From an uncultured Chthoniobacterales bacterium (GTDB taxonomy: Bacteria; Verrucomicrobiota; Verrucomicrobiia; Chthoniobacterales; UBA10450): DNA of 64,000 nucleotides. Shown here piece by piece: positions 53,801 through 63,025 of this stretch. The position numbers were made by a program, and so were the translations under genes. Location: contig CAXSFN010000020.1 of NCBI GenBank assembly GCA_964236815.1, positions 487 to 64,486 of the forward strand. Reading direction: 5' to 3'. Below the pieces are notes generated by a model, which saw nothing but the letters and a program-made list of their open reading frames with translations, was not told the DNA's origin and did not search any database. How positions within the stretch are numbered: the first letter of the stretch is position 1; each line of letters starts with the position of its first letter.

Positions 53801-54741
53801 GTGAAAAAGCGTGTCGCCATCGTTGGTGCGGGAGTCTCCGGCTTAACCTGCGCTGTTTCTTTCGCCGAAGCCGGTTGGCTCGCGCGTATTTTCGCGGAGG
53901 AAACCGGGGCAGCGACTACCTCCGCAGCGGCGGGTGCGATCTGGTTCCCATACGATGTAGAGCCGATTGTATCGGCGGTCGCATGGGCGCTGAAAACCTA
54001 CGATGTCTTGTGCGAGCTAGCGCTGCCCGCGAGAGCGGCGTCTCTATGATTGAGCTGCGGTCTTTCGCCCGCGCCGGAAAGGTGGAAATTCCCGTCTGGG
54101 CAGTGCCGCTCGGTGCGAAACGGCTCGCGTCTTCCGACATTCCGGCATCTTTTCGCAGCGGATTTACTCTCGAAGTTCCGCTCACCGATACCACGATTTA
54201 CCTCGACTACCTGACGGCGCGGTTGCGCGCCGCCCGAGACGAGATCGAATCAAATATTCGCTTCGAGCGGCTTGAAGAGGTTAGCGACGAATTCGATTTA
54301 GTTGTGAATTGCGCAGGCATCGGTGCGAAAGCGCTCGTCCCGGATCCCGAGGTCGAGCCGCATCGTGGACAAGTCGTTCTCATCCCGAGGATCGCGACTA
54401 GACATGCGATAGTTTGCGACGATTCGCCGCTCATGTATGCGATCCCGCGTTCCAGCGACTGTCTTCTTGGCGGCACAAACGATGTTTCGTTCGATCGAAA
54501 TCCAGATCCGGCAGTTAGTCAGCAGATCGTGGCCGAATGCACGCGCGTTTTAGGGATGGACTCGCCGAAGATCCTGGCCACGCGCGTCGGTTTGCGGCCT
54601 TTCCGGCGCACCGGTGTGTGCCTGCGCGCGGATCGGCTGGCTGACGGCCGGAGAGTTATCCATAACTACGGCCATGGCGGCTCGGGATTCACCTTATCGT
54701 GGGGCTGCGCGCTAGAGGTCCTCTCGCACGCTAGCCGATAA
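53801..54741 (+). pseudogene. D-amino-acid oxidase-like FAD oxidoreductase, frameshifted
   Basis: N-terminus (GTG 53801: KKRVAIVGAGVSGLTCA...AAGAIWFPY...) runs into TGA 54047-54049. The rest (SGVSMIELRSF...VVNCAGIGA...HRGQV...VIHNYGHGGSGFTLSWGCA) continues in the frame of track ORF 53782..54741. One indel near 54010-54040. Confidence 0.7.
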
Positions 54742-54765
54742 GCTGACCAGACTCGTTAGGCAGAC

Positions 54766-55428
54766 CTACCCGAAAGCAAGCATCGCGTCCTGGTAAACTC
54801 CAGGAACTTCCGTCAGTGCGCTCACTGTAACCTTCAAGTCTCTAAGCAAGCCATCGTGCAGCCCGTAAATCCAGCCATGCACGGAAAGCTCTTGTCCACG
54901 CTCCCATGCGTCCCGCGCGATCGTGGTGTAACAAACGTTAACGACCTGCTCGATTACATTCAGTTCACAAAGCCGATCTGAAATCTTATCGTCAGCTCCG
55001 GCCTGGTAGAGGCGCCCTTCGTGTTTTTGCCGCACATCCTGGAGGTGACGCAGCCAGTTGTCACTTAGGCCAAGCCGATCCTGGCGAAGGGCCGCGGTTA
55101 CCCCGCTGCAACCATAATGTCCGCAGACGATAATGTGGCTTACCTTTAATATCTCTACCGCGAATTGCAGGACCGAGAGACAGTTAAGGTCGGTGTGCAC
55201 GACCAGGTTAGCTACGTTGCGATGCACGAACAGCTCACCAGGGAGCAAGCCGACAATCTCGTTAGCCGGGACTCGGCTGTCCGAGCAACCAATCCAAAGA
55301 TAGCTGGGAGATTGTTGCTGCGATAGCTTGGAAAAGAATTGCGGATCCTTCTCGCGAATAGCTTGCGCCCAGGCTTTGTTTTTCTCGAAAAGCCGATTGA
55401 GCGACCGGGCCTTGCCAGGATCGCCCAT
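54766..55428 (-). CDS. can: beta-class carbonic anhydrase
   Basis: 220 aa. WIGCSDSRVPANEI, FVHRNVANLV, IVCGHYGCSGV, HGWIYGLHDGLL. Collinear with enterobacterial Can as I remember it. Confidence 0.9.
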   Translation of the reverse strand: MGDPGKARSLNRLFEKNKAWAQAIREKDPQFFSKLSQQQSPSYLWIGCSDSRVPANEIVGLLPGELFVHRNVANLVVHTDLNCLSVLQFAVEILKVSHIIVCGHYGCSGVTAALRQDRLGLSDNWLRHLQDVRQKHEGRLYQAGADDKISDRLCELNVIEQVVNVCYTTIARDAWERGQELSVHGWIYGLHDGLLRDLKVTVSALTEVPGVYQDAMLAFG

Positions 55429-55601
55429 ACCTAACGAGAGCTGAAAATGCAGGTGTAGTTAATCTCCATGACTGAGCAGCGCTAGCCTGGTTTGTTGGTC
55501 AGCTTACTAGGATAACACGGACGGCAGACTCCCACGCTCGTGCGACCGTCCTTCGCCCGGAGATGCCGCGCCGTCGGTTAAGCGATGAAAGCGCGTGCGC
55601 T

Positions 55602-55997
55602 TCAGGTCAATTGCACTGCCTGGAAAGAGCTGACCACGTCGTCCGGACCACGGTCTTTGAAGAAGCATTCATAGAATCCCGGGCCGAGGTCCCAATGGTC
55701 GCCTTTGTAGTAATCGTCGCGATAAAAACGCCAGACGCCGCTGACGATAATGAGCGAGCTGATCCGGTCGTTCCAAAAATCGCCCAGGTAAAGAAAACTC
55801 AGATTGGTCCGCGCGAAGGCTCCACGAAAACCGACGTGATCGAAGACGATGACTTCCGGCATGGGCGCGTCATGCACGACGGCCTCGTTACCGATTTCGC
55901 TCGCGCAGGAATGATAACTTAACGGACCGACTTTCCATTTCGTATCGACGATACAGCCATTGTCTGGCGACAGCTCAGTTTTCGGTATTTCTCTCAT
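55602..55997 (-). CDS. beta/gamma-crystallin domain protein
   Basis: 131 aa. Two Greek-key motifs: VFDHVGFRG...WNDRISSL and FYRDDYYKG...PDDVVSSF (Y/F-x4-Y/F-x-G plus N/D-N/D-x-x-S-S). Confidence 0.7.
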   Translation of the reverse strand: MREIPKTELSPDNGCIVDTKWKVGPLSYHSCASEIGNEAVVHDAPMPEVIVFDHVGFRGAFARTNLSFLYLGDFWNDRISSLIIVSGVWRFYRDDYYKGDHWDLGPGFYECFFKDRGPDDVVSSFQAVQLT

Positions 55998-56085
55998 AAG
56001 CGATGGTGGTTTGGTCGGATTTCAACAGACGGTTTGGCCGATGTCGAGGATTCGATTTGCGCGATTTTTCGAAGGAAAATCCGGT

Positions 56086-56895
56086 TCAATTGGGTGAATC
56101 CTGTCCGCTTTTCGTTTTGGCCAGGGTCTCGCGCCGCTGGAAATGATCCAGATCGAGATCGTGCAATTGTCGAATGGTGTAGACCGGGGTGCTGAGGGTG
56201 AAAGCGATTTTCATCTTCGCATGTCCGAGAATTTCGCCGGGCGAGATCAGTTCGTATTGAATCGAAAGATCCTTTAGCGCGGCGAAAATCCAAAGGAGCT
56301 GGAAAGGCCGCAGCAGATGCAGTTCGAATTTCACCAGTTTGCTCCGGTCTTCCGTCACCCAGGCTTCGCCGCCGATCATGTCGAGAAAACGATCGGCCGT
56401 GTTCTTCTCCGGCTGGCCGGATTTTGCCTGAAACAAAACATGCCGTGCGGATTCGCCCGCAATTCTCTCCACACCGCCGGCCTCGAAAGTGAAGCGTTCG
56501 GCGATCCGATGTTCGCGCGCGAATTCCTGCAGCGGGACTTCCTTCTCGTCGTTTTCCTTTGAGTCTTCCTTATCGTCGGGTAGCCGCACTTTTCCCTCTA
56601 TTTCGCGCGAGGTGAAAATCATGGAGCGCTTCTCGCCCGGTCGCACAATTGCGCTCGCTTTGGCCGTACCGCGCAGACGTCCACGCCCGTCCCATTCCTG
56701 CACGCGCATCGTCACATCATATTGAATATGTGGCAGCTCCTTGCGGAAATTTTCCGCCTCTGCCAAGGCGCGCTCCAGTAAGCGCCCGGTCTCCGGATCG
56801 ATCGATTGCGCGCGACTCATTTCGCAGCGCAGAAACATCAAGGAGAGAAGAAGTGCAGTCGTGACTCTGCGGGCCTTGCCGATTGCGCGCATCAT
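56086..56895 (-). CDS. hypothetical secreted protein
   Basis: Start at ATG 56895/56892 (MMRAIGKARRVTTALLLSLMFL signal-like), avoiding overlap with glpX. No family recognised. Confidence 0.5.
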   Translation of the reverse strand: MMRAIGKARRVTTALLLSLMFLRCEMSRAQSIDPETGRLLERALAEAENFRKELPHIQYDVTMRVQEWDGRGRLRGTAKASAIVRPGEKRSMIFTSREIEGKVRLPDDKEDSKENDEKEVPLQEFAREHRIAERFTFEAGGVERIAGESARHVLFQAKSGQPEKNTADRFLDMIGGEAWVTEDRSKLVKFELHLLRPFQLLWIFAALKDLSIQYELISPGEILGHAKMKIAFTLSTPVYTIRQLHDLDLDHFQRRETLAKTKSGQDSPN

Positions 56896-56965
56896 GAAGT
56901 CTGCGGGAAATTTCGATTGCAGCGTGAGCGCCGCCCACTCATCCGCGGCTAACCTATGCGCGCCT

Positions 56966-58033
56966 TTAGATGCCGTGTTCGCGGCTGTCGGAACGCAGGC
57001 GAATTGTCTTGTTTTGCAAATCATGCGACGCGCGAATGAAACGAACCGTTTTGCTCTTCGCTCGCATCAGAATCGAATGAGTGATCGTCGCTGGCCCTTG
57101 CGTTTTGATTCCGGGCAAGAGCGCGCTGTCACTGATCCCGGTCGCGCAAAAGATGATGTTCTTACCGTGGGCCAGATCGTCCGCAAAAAAAACGCGTCCG
57201 AGATCTTTCTCATATCCATCGGCGATCAACTGCGCGCGTTCGTTTTCGTCGCGCGGCCACATCGCGCATTGCATTTCGCCGCCCAGACATTTGAGCGCCG
57301 CCGCTGCCAGGACGGCTTCCGGCGCGCCGCCAATTCCGAGATAAAGATCGATGCCGCTATTCTGAATCGCCGGCCCGATCGCTGCCGCGATATCGCCATC
57401 GCTGATCATGCGCAACGACGCCCCCACACGCCGGATTTCCAGGACCAAATCTTTATGCCGCGGCCGATCCAGCATCATCACCACCACGTCCTGCACGCGC
57501 TTGTTTAACGCCTTCGCCACCGTAATTAGCGTCTCCTCGATCGGGCTTTCCAACTTCAGGGTGTCGATGCCCGCGATCTCCATCGCGCGCGTGACCGACG
57601 GACCGTAGGAGAGCTTCATCATATAGAACGACGGGATGTCGCGCAGCGCTTCTTTCACGCCCTCTTCCGGACTGGCGGCCGCGATGCAGGCGATGGAATT
57701 CGGCATGCCTTTCGAGATGTTGGTCGTGCCATCGATTGGATCGAGCGCGATATGAAACGGCGGCGAACCCGGCATCCAGGTGCCGAGCTGTTCGCCTTTG
57801 AAAATACCGGGCGCGTCGTCCTTGATTCCTTCGCCGATCACGACTTCGCCACAGATGTTCATGAGATCGAACATGCCGCGAATCGCATCGCAGGCCGCGG
57901 CATCGGCCAATTCCTTTTCGCCGCGCCCGAGCCACTGCAATGAATTCAACGCCGCGGCTTCGGTCGCGCGGACGAAATCGAATTCAATGATGCGCTCGAT
58001 GTCTTGATAATTCTGGCGTTGGAGGCGTGGCAT
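56966..58033 (-). CDS. glpX: class II fructose-1,6-bisphosphatase
   Basis: ATG 58033. VRATEAAALNSLQWLGRG, ALDPIDGTT, LGIGGAPEAVLAAAALKCLGG are GlpX motifs. Confidence 0.9.
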   Translation of the reverse strand: MPRLQRQNYQDIERIIEFDFVRATEAAALNSLQWLGRGEKELADAAACDAIRGMFDLMNICGEVVIGEGIKDDAPGIFKGEQLGTWMPGSPPFHIALDPIDGTTNISKGMPNSIACIAAASPEEGVKEALRDIPSFYMMKLSYGPSVTRAMEIAGIDTLKLESPIEETLITVAKALNKRVQDVVVMMLDRPRHKDLVLEIRRVGASLRMISDGDIAAAIGPAIQNSGIDLYLGIGGAPEAVLAAAALKCLGGEMQCAMWPRDENERAQLIADGYEKDLGRVFFADDLAHGKNIIFCATGISDSALLPGIKTQGPATITHSILMRAKSKTVRFIRASHDLQNKTIRLRSDSREHGI

Positions 58034-58104
58034 AGCGGCGGTGAGCTTGGCGCGATGGCCGTGGCAAAACAAGTCCCCTGCGCGGATAGGAATTCTTACG
58101 TGTC

Positions 58105-59616
58105 GTGCTAAACTTCCGCATGCGCGGCCAGCACCTCATTGCACTTCTTCGACTTCGAATATTCCACTGCGCGCTTGGCGCAGTTTTCCTTTTCGGCTTT
58201 GCGCCGAATCACTCGTTAGGCCAAACCGTTACCGGACTGCAGGCCATCCGGGTGGCGAGCGGATTGACGGCGCCCTTGTTTGTGACCGCCCCGCCCGGCG
58301 ACTACGACCGCCTCTTCATCGTCGGGAAAGGCGGAGTGGTTCAGATTTTGAATCTGCAGGACAACACGATCAACCCCACACCTTTTTTAGATATTTCTAA
58401 CCGCGTCGCGACCGCGAGTGAAGAAGGCCTTGTCGGCATGGCTTTTGATCCTAACTACGCTACGAATGGAAAGTTTTATCTTTATTTCGTCGTTGGCGGC
58501 GGCGCGTTTGGCCAGGGCGTCTCGCGTGTATCGCAATTCAAAGTCTTAAGTGATAACCCGAATGTGGCGGATACGAGCGACGAGAAAAACCTGATCGTGT
58601 TCGATCAGCCGCAGCCGAACCATAATGGCGGCTGGATCGGATTCAGCCCGCGGCCGGGCGATGAAAACAATCTCTACATCGCGAGCGGTGACGGCGGGGG
58701 CGGTTACGACCGGGACGAAGGTCACGATGGGATAACGGGTAACGCGCAAAACCTGACCACGTTACTGGGAAAAATGCTGCGCCTCCATGTCGATTCCGCG
58801 ACCGGCACCTCATCCATTCCTGCAAGTAATCCCTTCATTAACGTGAGCGGCGCGCGTCCTGAGATTTTCCTCTACGGCCTGCGTAATCCATTTCGCGACA
58901 GTTTCGATCGCGCCACGGGCAATCTTTTTATCGGCGACGTCGGGCAGGATACGCGCGAGGAGGTGGACGTGCAGAAAGCTTCAAATCCCGGCGGGGGCGA
59001 AAACTTCGGCTGGCGTTTGCGCGAAGGCACGATTGCCACGCCGTCCGTGGGCGGCGCCCAGCCTGCCGATGGCGTGAATCCGATCATCGATTATGGACGA
59101 TCAACCGGCGGCACGGTCACCGGCGGATATGTTTACCGCGGCCGACAAATTCCCAGCTTGCGCGGGACCTATATTTTCGCGGACTACGTGGCCTCGAAGA
59201 TTTTCGCGCTCAACTACGATGGAACGACCGCTTCGAATTTCCAAAATATCACCTCGCAGCTTTTCCCAACCAGCGCCGGCAACATCTCATTGAACGCGGG
59301 TTACGATCCGGCCTCGTTGGGTGAAGATGCCAATGGCGAAATCTACATCGTGGCCTACGGATCGAGCAGCATCTTCAAGATTGTGCCAACCACGCCGAAT
59401 GTCAGCGATGCCGCGGTGATGAAGGTTCCCGGGGGCAGTAGTTTTATCACGGCGGTGGGCGTCCCCTTCGCAAACCACATTCTTCAATTCACAGACACGC
59501 TGGTGGAGGCGTTTGGCCCTCTTGGGTCGCCGGTCAAAGCCGATGGCGCCGGAGTCGTCCAATTCGTCGATATGAATCCACCCGACCGGCGCTTTTACCG
59601 CGTCGTTTATCCGTAG
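58105..59616 (+). CDS. PQQ-dependent sugar dehydrogenase (SGDH/sorbosone dehydrogenase family), secreted
   Basis: 503 aa. Signal peptide, EEGLVGMAFDPNY, QPNHNGGWIGFSP, LYGLRNPFR, GDVGQD. Confidence 0.85.
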   Translation: MLNFRMRGQHLIALLRLRIFHCALGAVFLFGFAPNHSLGQTVTGLQAIRVASGLTAPLFVTAPPGDYDRLFIVGKGGVVQILNLQDNTINPTPFLDISNRVATASEEGLVGMAFDPNYATNGKFYLYFVVGGGAFGQGVSRVSQFKVLSDNPNVADTSDEKNLIVFDQPQPNHNGGWIGFSPRPGDENNLYIASGDGGGGYDRDEGHDGITGNAQNLTTLLGKMLRLHVDSATGTSSIPASNPFINVSGARPEIFLYGLRNPFRDSFDRATGNLFIGDVGQDTREEVDVQKASNPGGGENFGWRLREGTIATPSVGGAQPADGVNPIIDYGRSTGGTVTGGYVYRGRQIPSLRGTYIFADYVASKIFALNYDGTTASNFQNITSQLFPTSAGNISLNAGYDPASLGEDANGEIYIVAYGSSSIFKIVPTTPNVSDAAVMKVPGGSSFITAVGVPFANHILQFTDTLVEAFGPLGSPVKADGAGVVQFVDMNPPDRRFYRVVYP

Positions 59617-59624
59617 CGGAATTT

Positions 59625-60914
59625 CTATTCAACCGGCGGCGTGGCCGCGGATAATGGACCATCCGCCATGCGCGCAAGGTCGTGATTGGTCTCGTTAGGC
59701 GCTTCCCCGCCATCCGGCATCTTGGGAATGCGCGTTGACATTAACATCGCGAAGAAGAGCAGAGCCGCGCCAAGAAACCAGGGCGCGCCCGGAAGATGCC
59801 AGCGGCTTTGTTGATCGATGAAATACGCGAAGGTAAAGGTGAAGAGTCCCGGGCCGATGATTACGGCCAGGCTGCGCACGCTATTGATCGCGCCCTGCAG
59901 TTCGCCTTGTTCGGATTCGCTCACCCGCCGCGTCATCATTCCTTGCGCGGCCGGCCCGGAAATTGTCCAGAGCATCATCACCGGAATGGACGCGAAATAA
60001 CCGAAGCCGGTCCGCGCGATCCCGGCGATCAACATTCCCAGGCCGCCGAAGAATTGGCCGACGTAGAGCGTCTTGCGTTCACCGAGTTTCGCTACAATCG
60101 GACCGACCAAGCCCGCGGAGATCGCGACCGAGCAGGCGCCGACGACCGCAAGTGAAAGCCCGACCATTCCTTCCTTCCAGGCATAACGAAAGATCGCGTA
60201 AAGCGCCCAGACGTTGAAGACTTCGTGCGCGACCCAGCCGATGAATTGGATCGCGGCCAGCTGGAATAATTCCGGATGCGAACGCAGTAAGACGAGCGAA
60301 CCGATCGGATTCGCTCGCTGAAGAGTGAAGCTTCTTCGCCTTTCGAGCGGGAGAGATTCCGGCACGAAGAAGTATCCGAAGATTGCATTTCCCAGGCTAA
60401 GAACGCCTGCGACCCAAAATGGCAGTCGGGGATCGGAGGTGCCGAGCAAACCACCGAGCGCCGGTCCGAGTACGAAGCCCACGCCGAAGGCCGCGCCGAT
60501 CATGCCGAAAGCGCTCGCCCGTTTTTCCGGTGCGACCACATCGGAGATGTAAGCCATCGCGGTCGAAATGCTGGCGGCCGTGATCCCGGAAATGACACGC
60601 CCAATAAATAACCAGCCGATCGACGGGGCGACCGCCATCACGATGTAGTCGAGACCAAGTCCGAGATTCGAGGCAAGAATGATCGGCCGGCGTCCGAAGC
60701 GATCCGAAAGCACACCGAGCACCGGCGAAAAAACAAACTGCATCAAGGCGAAAACCGTCCCGAAAATTCCAAACCATTTCGCTGCGCTGGTCGCATCGCC
60801 GCCAAGGAAATTGAGCACTAGCTTCGGCAAAACCGGCGCGATCAATCCTAGCGCCAGCATATCGAGCGTGACGGTGACGAAAATGAAAACGACCGCGGCT
60901 TTGCGTGGCTTCAT
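59625..60914 (-). CDS. MFS transporter (TCR/Tet-like)
   Basis: 429 aa, 12 TM. GVLSDRFGRRPIIL (motif A). Confidence 0.9.
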   Translation of the reverse strand: MKPRKAAVVFIFVTVTLDMLALGLIAPVLPKLVLNFLGGDATSAAKWFGIFGTVFALMQFVFSPVLGVLSDRFGRRPIILASNLGLGLDYIVMAVAPSIGWLFIGRVISGITAASISTAMAYISDVVAPEKRASAFGMIGAAFGVGFVLGPALGGLLGTSDPRLPFWVAGVLSLGNAIFGYFFVPESLPLERRRSFTLQRANPIGSLVLLRSHPELFQLAAIQFIGWVAHEVFNVWALYAIFRYAWKEGMVGLSLAVVGACSVAISAGLVGPIVAKLGERKTLYVGQFFGGLGMLIAGIARTGFGYFASIPVMMLWTISGPAAQGMMTRRVSESEQGELQGAINSVRSLAVIIGPGLFTFTFAYFIDQQSRWHLPGAPWFLGAALLFFAMLMSTRIPKMPDGGEAPNETNHDLARMADGPLSAATPPVE

Positions 60915-61073
60915 CCCAAGATCGTAGTGCCGTCTCTAGGCGGAACAAACCGCGATTGATCATCCAAAACGCCAGTGGTTCGAGCAATTTTTTAGCGAAC
61001 CATCATCTCAGTCCCGCTCTCGCAGGGAGAGGAGATGCACGCACGGAAACTTGGCCCGCGAGCTGGCTCGCGA

Positions 61074-61379
61074 TTATTCCACCTCCACCTCGATGCCACC
61101 GATCCATCCCGCGATCAGATTGTAGAGGGCGGCACTGATGATCCCGAAGATGAATCCGAAAACGCCGTAGAACACCGGCATTGCTACAGCCATCACAAGC
61201 CCAGTGCCCATCGCAAACGCCCCTGCCGCCGCGCTCTCGTTCGACCCGTGCTGCGCGAAGGCGCCAATCACGGCAAAGAGAAGAAAGAAGGGCACGATGA
61301 TTAAACCCATAATCGCGTAAAGCACACCGAGCATTTTTCCTAATTGAAGAGGCGCGATGCGCTTGAGGCGGCGAGTCAT
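61074..61379 (-). CDS. hypothetical small membrane protein
   Basis: ATG 61379 (MTRRLKRIAPLQLGKMLGVLYAIMGLII...). Three hydrophobic helices. No family recognised. Confidence 0.5.
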   Translation of the reverse strand: MTRRLKRIAPLQLGKMLGVLYAIMGLIIVPFFLLFAVIGAFAQHGSNESAAAGAFAMGTGLVMAVAMPVFYGVFGFIFGIISAALYNLIAGWIGGIEVEVE

Positions 61380-61447
61380 CCTTCCGTTGTGCTTATCCCG
61401 CCGGACCACGTCAAGCCGTCGCGCGCGACCTTCCAAGGAAATTTCGC

Positions 61448-62308
61448 ATGGCCGGGAATCGAACGCGCAGACATGCTACGGCTATGGCGACGGAAGAAGG
61501 AGAGAGCGATTACGTCCTCGGCACGCACGACGACGAAGTAGAGCGGCTTGGCTTGCAACACCGCGTCTGGCGCGCTCGAGTTTTGCAATGTTGGCGGCGG
61601 GCCGGCATCACGATCGGATCGCGGGTCATCGATATTGGCGCGGGGCCGGGCTACGCCACCGCGGACCTGGCCGAGATCGTCGGCCCCACTGGAGAAGTCC
61701 TCGCAGTGGAACGTTCTGAGCGGTTCATCGAAGTGGCGAAAGCGAGCTGCGCGACGCGCGGCTTGAGCAACGTGCGATTTCGCGAGCTCGATCTGATGGA
61801 GGATTCGTTAGGCGCGCAAAATTTCGACGCGGCCTGGTGCCGTTGGGTCGCTTGTTTTGTCTCTTCGCCGGAAAAGTTGATCAGGGAAATCGCAGGCGCT
61901 CTTCGCGTTGGCGGGGTCGCCATTTTTCATGAATACAGCCACTACCGAACGTTTCGTCTCGCGCCGCGCCGGCCTGCCCTGGAAAGTTTTGTCGATGAAG
62001 TGATGGCGAGCTGGCGGGCGACCGGAGGCGAACCGAACGTCGCGCTCACTTTTCCTCCGCTCCTGCAAAAGGCCGGGTTACGCATGGTCGATGTTCGGCC
62101 GCATGTGCTCACGGTCACGCCTCCCGAGTTCGAATGGCAATGGGCGGCCAGTTTCATCGGGATTAATCTCGATCGGCTGCTCGAGCTCGGCCGGGTGAAG
62201 CAGGAGTGGACGGAGACAGTGCGTCGGGAATTCGCCGCGGCCGAAGCCGATCCAACCACGATCCTGACCACGCCGATGTTTCTCGAAATCATCGCGCGCC
62301 GCGATTGA
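61448..62308 (+). CDS. class I SAM-dependent methyltransferase
   Basis: 286 aa. VIDIGAGPGYATADLA SAM motif and GGVAIFHEY. Confidence 0.8.
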   Translation: MAGNRTRRHATAMATEEGESDYVLGTHDDEVERLGLQHRVWRARVLQCWRRAGITIGSRVIDIGAGPGYATADLAEIVGPTGEVLAVERSERFIEVAKASCATRGLSNVRFRELDLMEDSLGAQNFDAAWCRWVACFVSSPEKLIREIAGALRVGGVAIFHEYSHYRTFRLAPRRPALESFVDEVMASWRATGGEPNVALTFPPLLQKAGLRMVDVRPHVLTVTPPEFEWQWAASFIGINLDRLLELGRVKQEWTETVRREFAAAEADPTTILTTPMFLEIIARRD

Positions 62309-62348
62309 ATTCGAGCGACAGGTTCGGCGGCGTTGCTATTCTGCGCTC

Positions 62349-62786
62349 ATGAATTTCCGCTTCTCTTGTTACGTCCTGTTCTTCGTCACGAGCAGTATGT
62401 TCGCCCAAGACTCTACGACGGAGCAGGCCGTGATCACGGCCGAGCGCCAGGGTTGCCTCGCCTATCAAAACAACGACGCGGATAAGATTCGGAAGTTCCT
62501 GACAAGTGATTACACGCTCACGAACTCTAAGGGCGAGATCACCACGGCGGCTGATGATATCGCGGACGCGAAGACCGGTAAGGTTCACTACGATGTGTTC
62601 GAAAACTACGAGATGAAAGCGCGTGTCTATGGTGATGCGACGGCGGTTGTAACCGGCAAGACAAATGTCCAGGGCACGAGCGAGGGAAAGCCAATCGATA
62701 TCATCGTGCAATTCACCGACACCTTTGTGAAGCAGGATGGGCAATGGCGGCTCGCGGCTGGCCATGTCTCTCGCCTAAAGGACTAA
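62349..62786 (+). CDS. NTF2-like (DUF4440/SnoaL-like) protein, secreted
   Basis: 145 aa. Signal peptide, then ...FLTSDYTLTNSKGE...DTFVKQDGQWRLAAGHVS, typical of DUF4440. Confidence 0.65.
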   Translation: MNFRFSCYVLFFVTSSMFAQDSTTEQAVITAERQGCLAYQNNDADKIRKFLTSDYTLTNSKGEITTAADDIADAKTGKVHYDVFENYEMKARVYGDATAVVTGKTNVQGTSEGKPIDIIVQFTDTFVKQDGQWRLAAGHVSRLKD

Positions 62787-62882
62787 CGGGAGATGCTGAA
62801 GCCGGTTTCGATGGCGAGGAATCCAGCGTCAGCACGTTGAGATGAGCGAAAGCGGTCGCTCAGCCATGTTTCCGAAGGCACG

Positions 62883-63005
62883 ATGAAAAGACAGCGGCGA
62901 AGCGATTACGTCCTCCGGACGCACGATGGCGGCGTCGCGCGGCTCGGCTTGCAACATCGGTCTGGCGTTCGGCCGTGACGATGGTTCTAGAGATCATCGC
63001 GCGGA
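62883..63005 (+). pseudogene. remnant of a paralogue of methyltransferase 61448..62308 (5' and 3' ends only)
   Basis: ATGAAAAGACAGCGGCGAAGCGATTACGTCCTCCGGACGCACGATGGCGGCGTCGCGCGGCTCGGCTTGCAACATCGGTCTGGCG aligns with 61490-61572 (SDYVLRTHDGGVARLGLQHR vs SDYVLGTHDDEVERLGLQHR). GGTTCTAGAGATCATCGCGCGG aligns with the 3' end TGTTTCTCGAAATCATCGCGCGC at about 62276-62300. Confidence 0.5.
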
Positions 63006-63025
63006 AAAATCCGTATTAACTCAGC

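Noticed and set aside
53782-54040. N-terminal 85 codons of track ORF 53782..54741
   Set aside because: Arg/Cys-rich out-of-frame read-through. The genuine DAO N-terminus (GxGxxG) is in the frame starting at GTG 53801.
56741-57508. 255-aa + strand ORF across glpX and the upstream hypothetical gene
   Set aside because: Antisense to a clear class II FBPase. No motifs.
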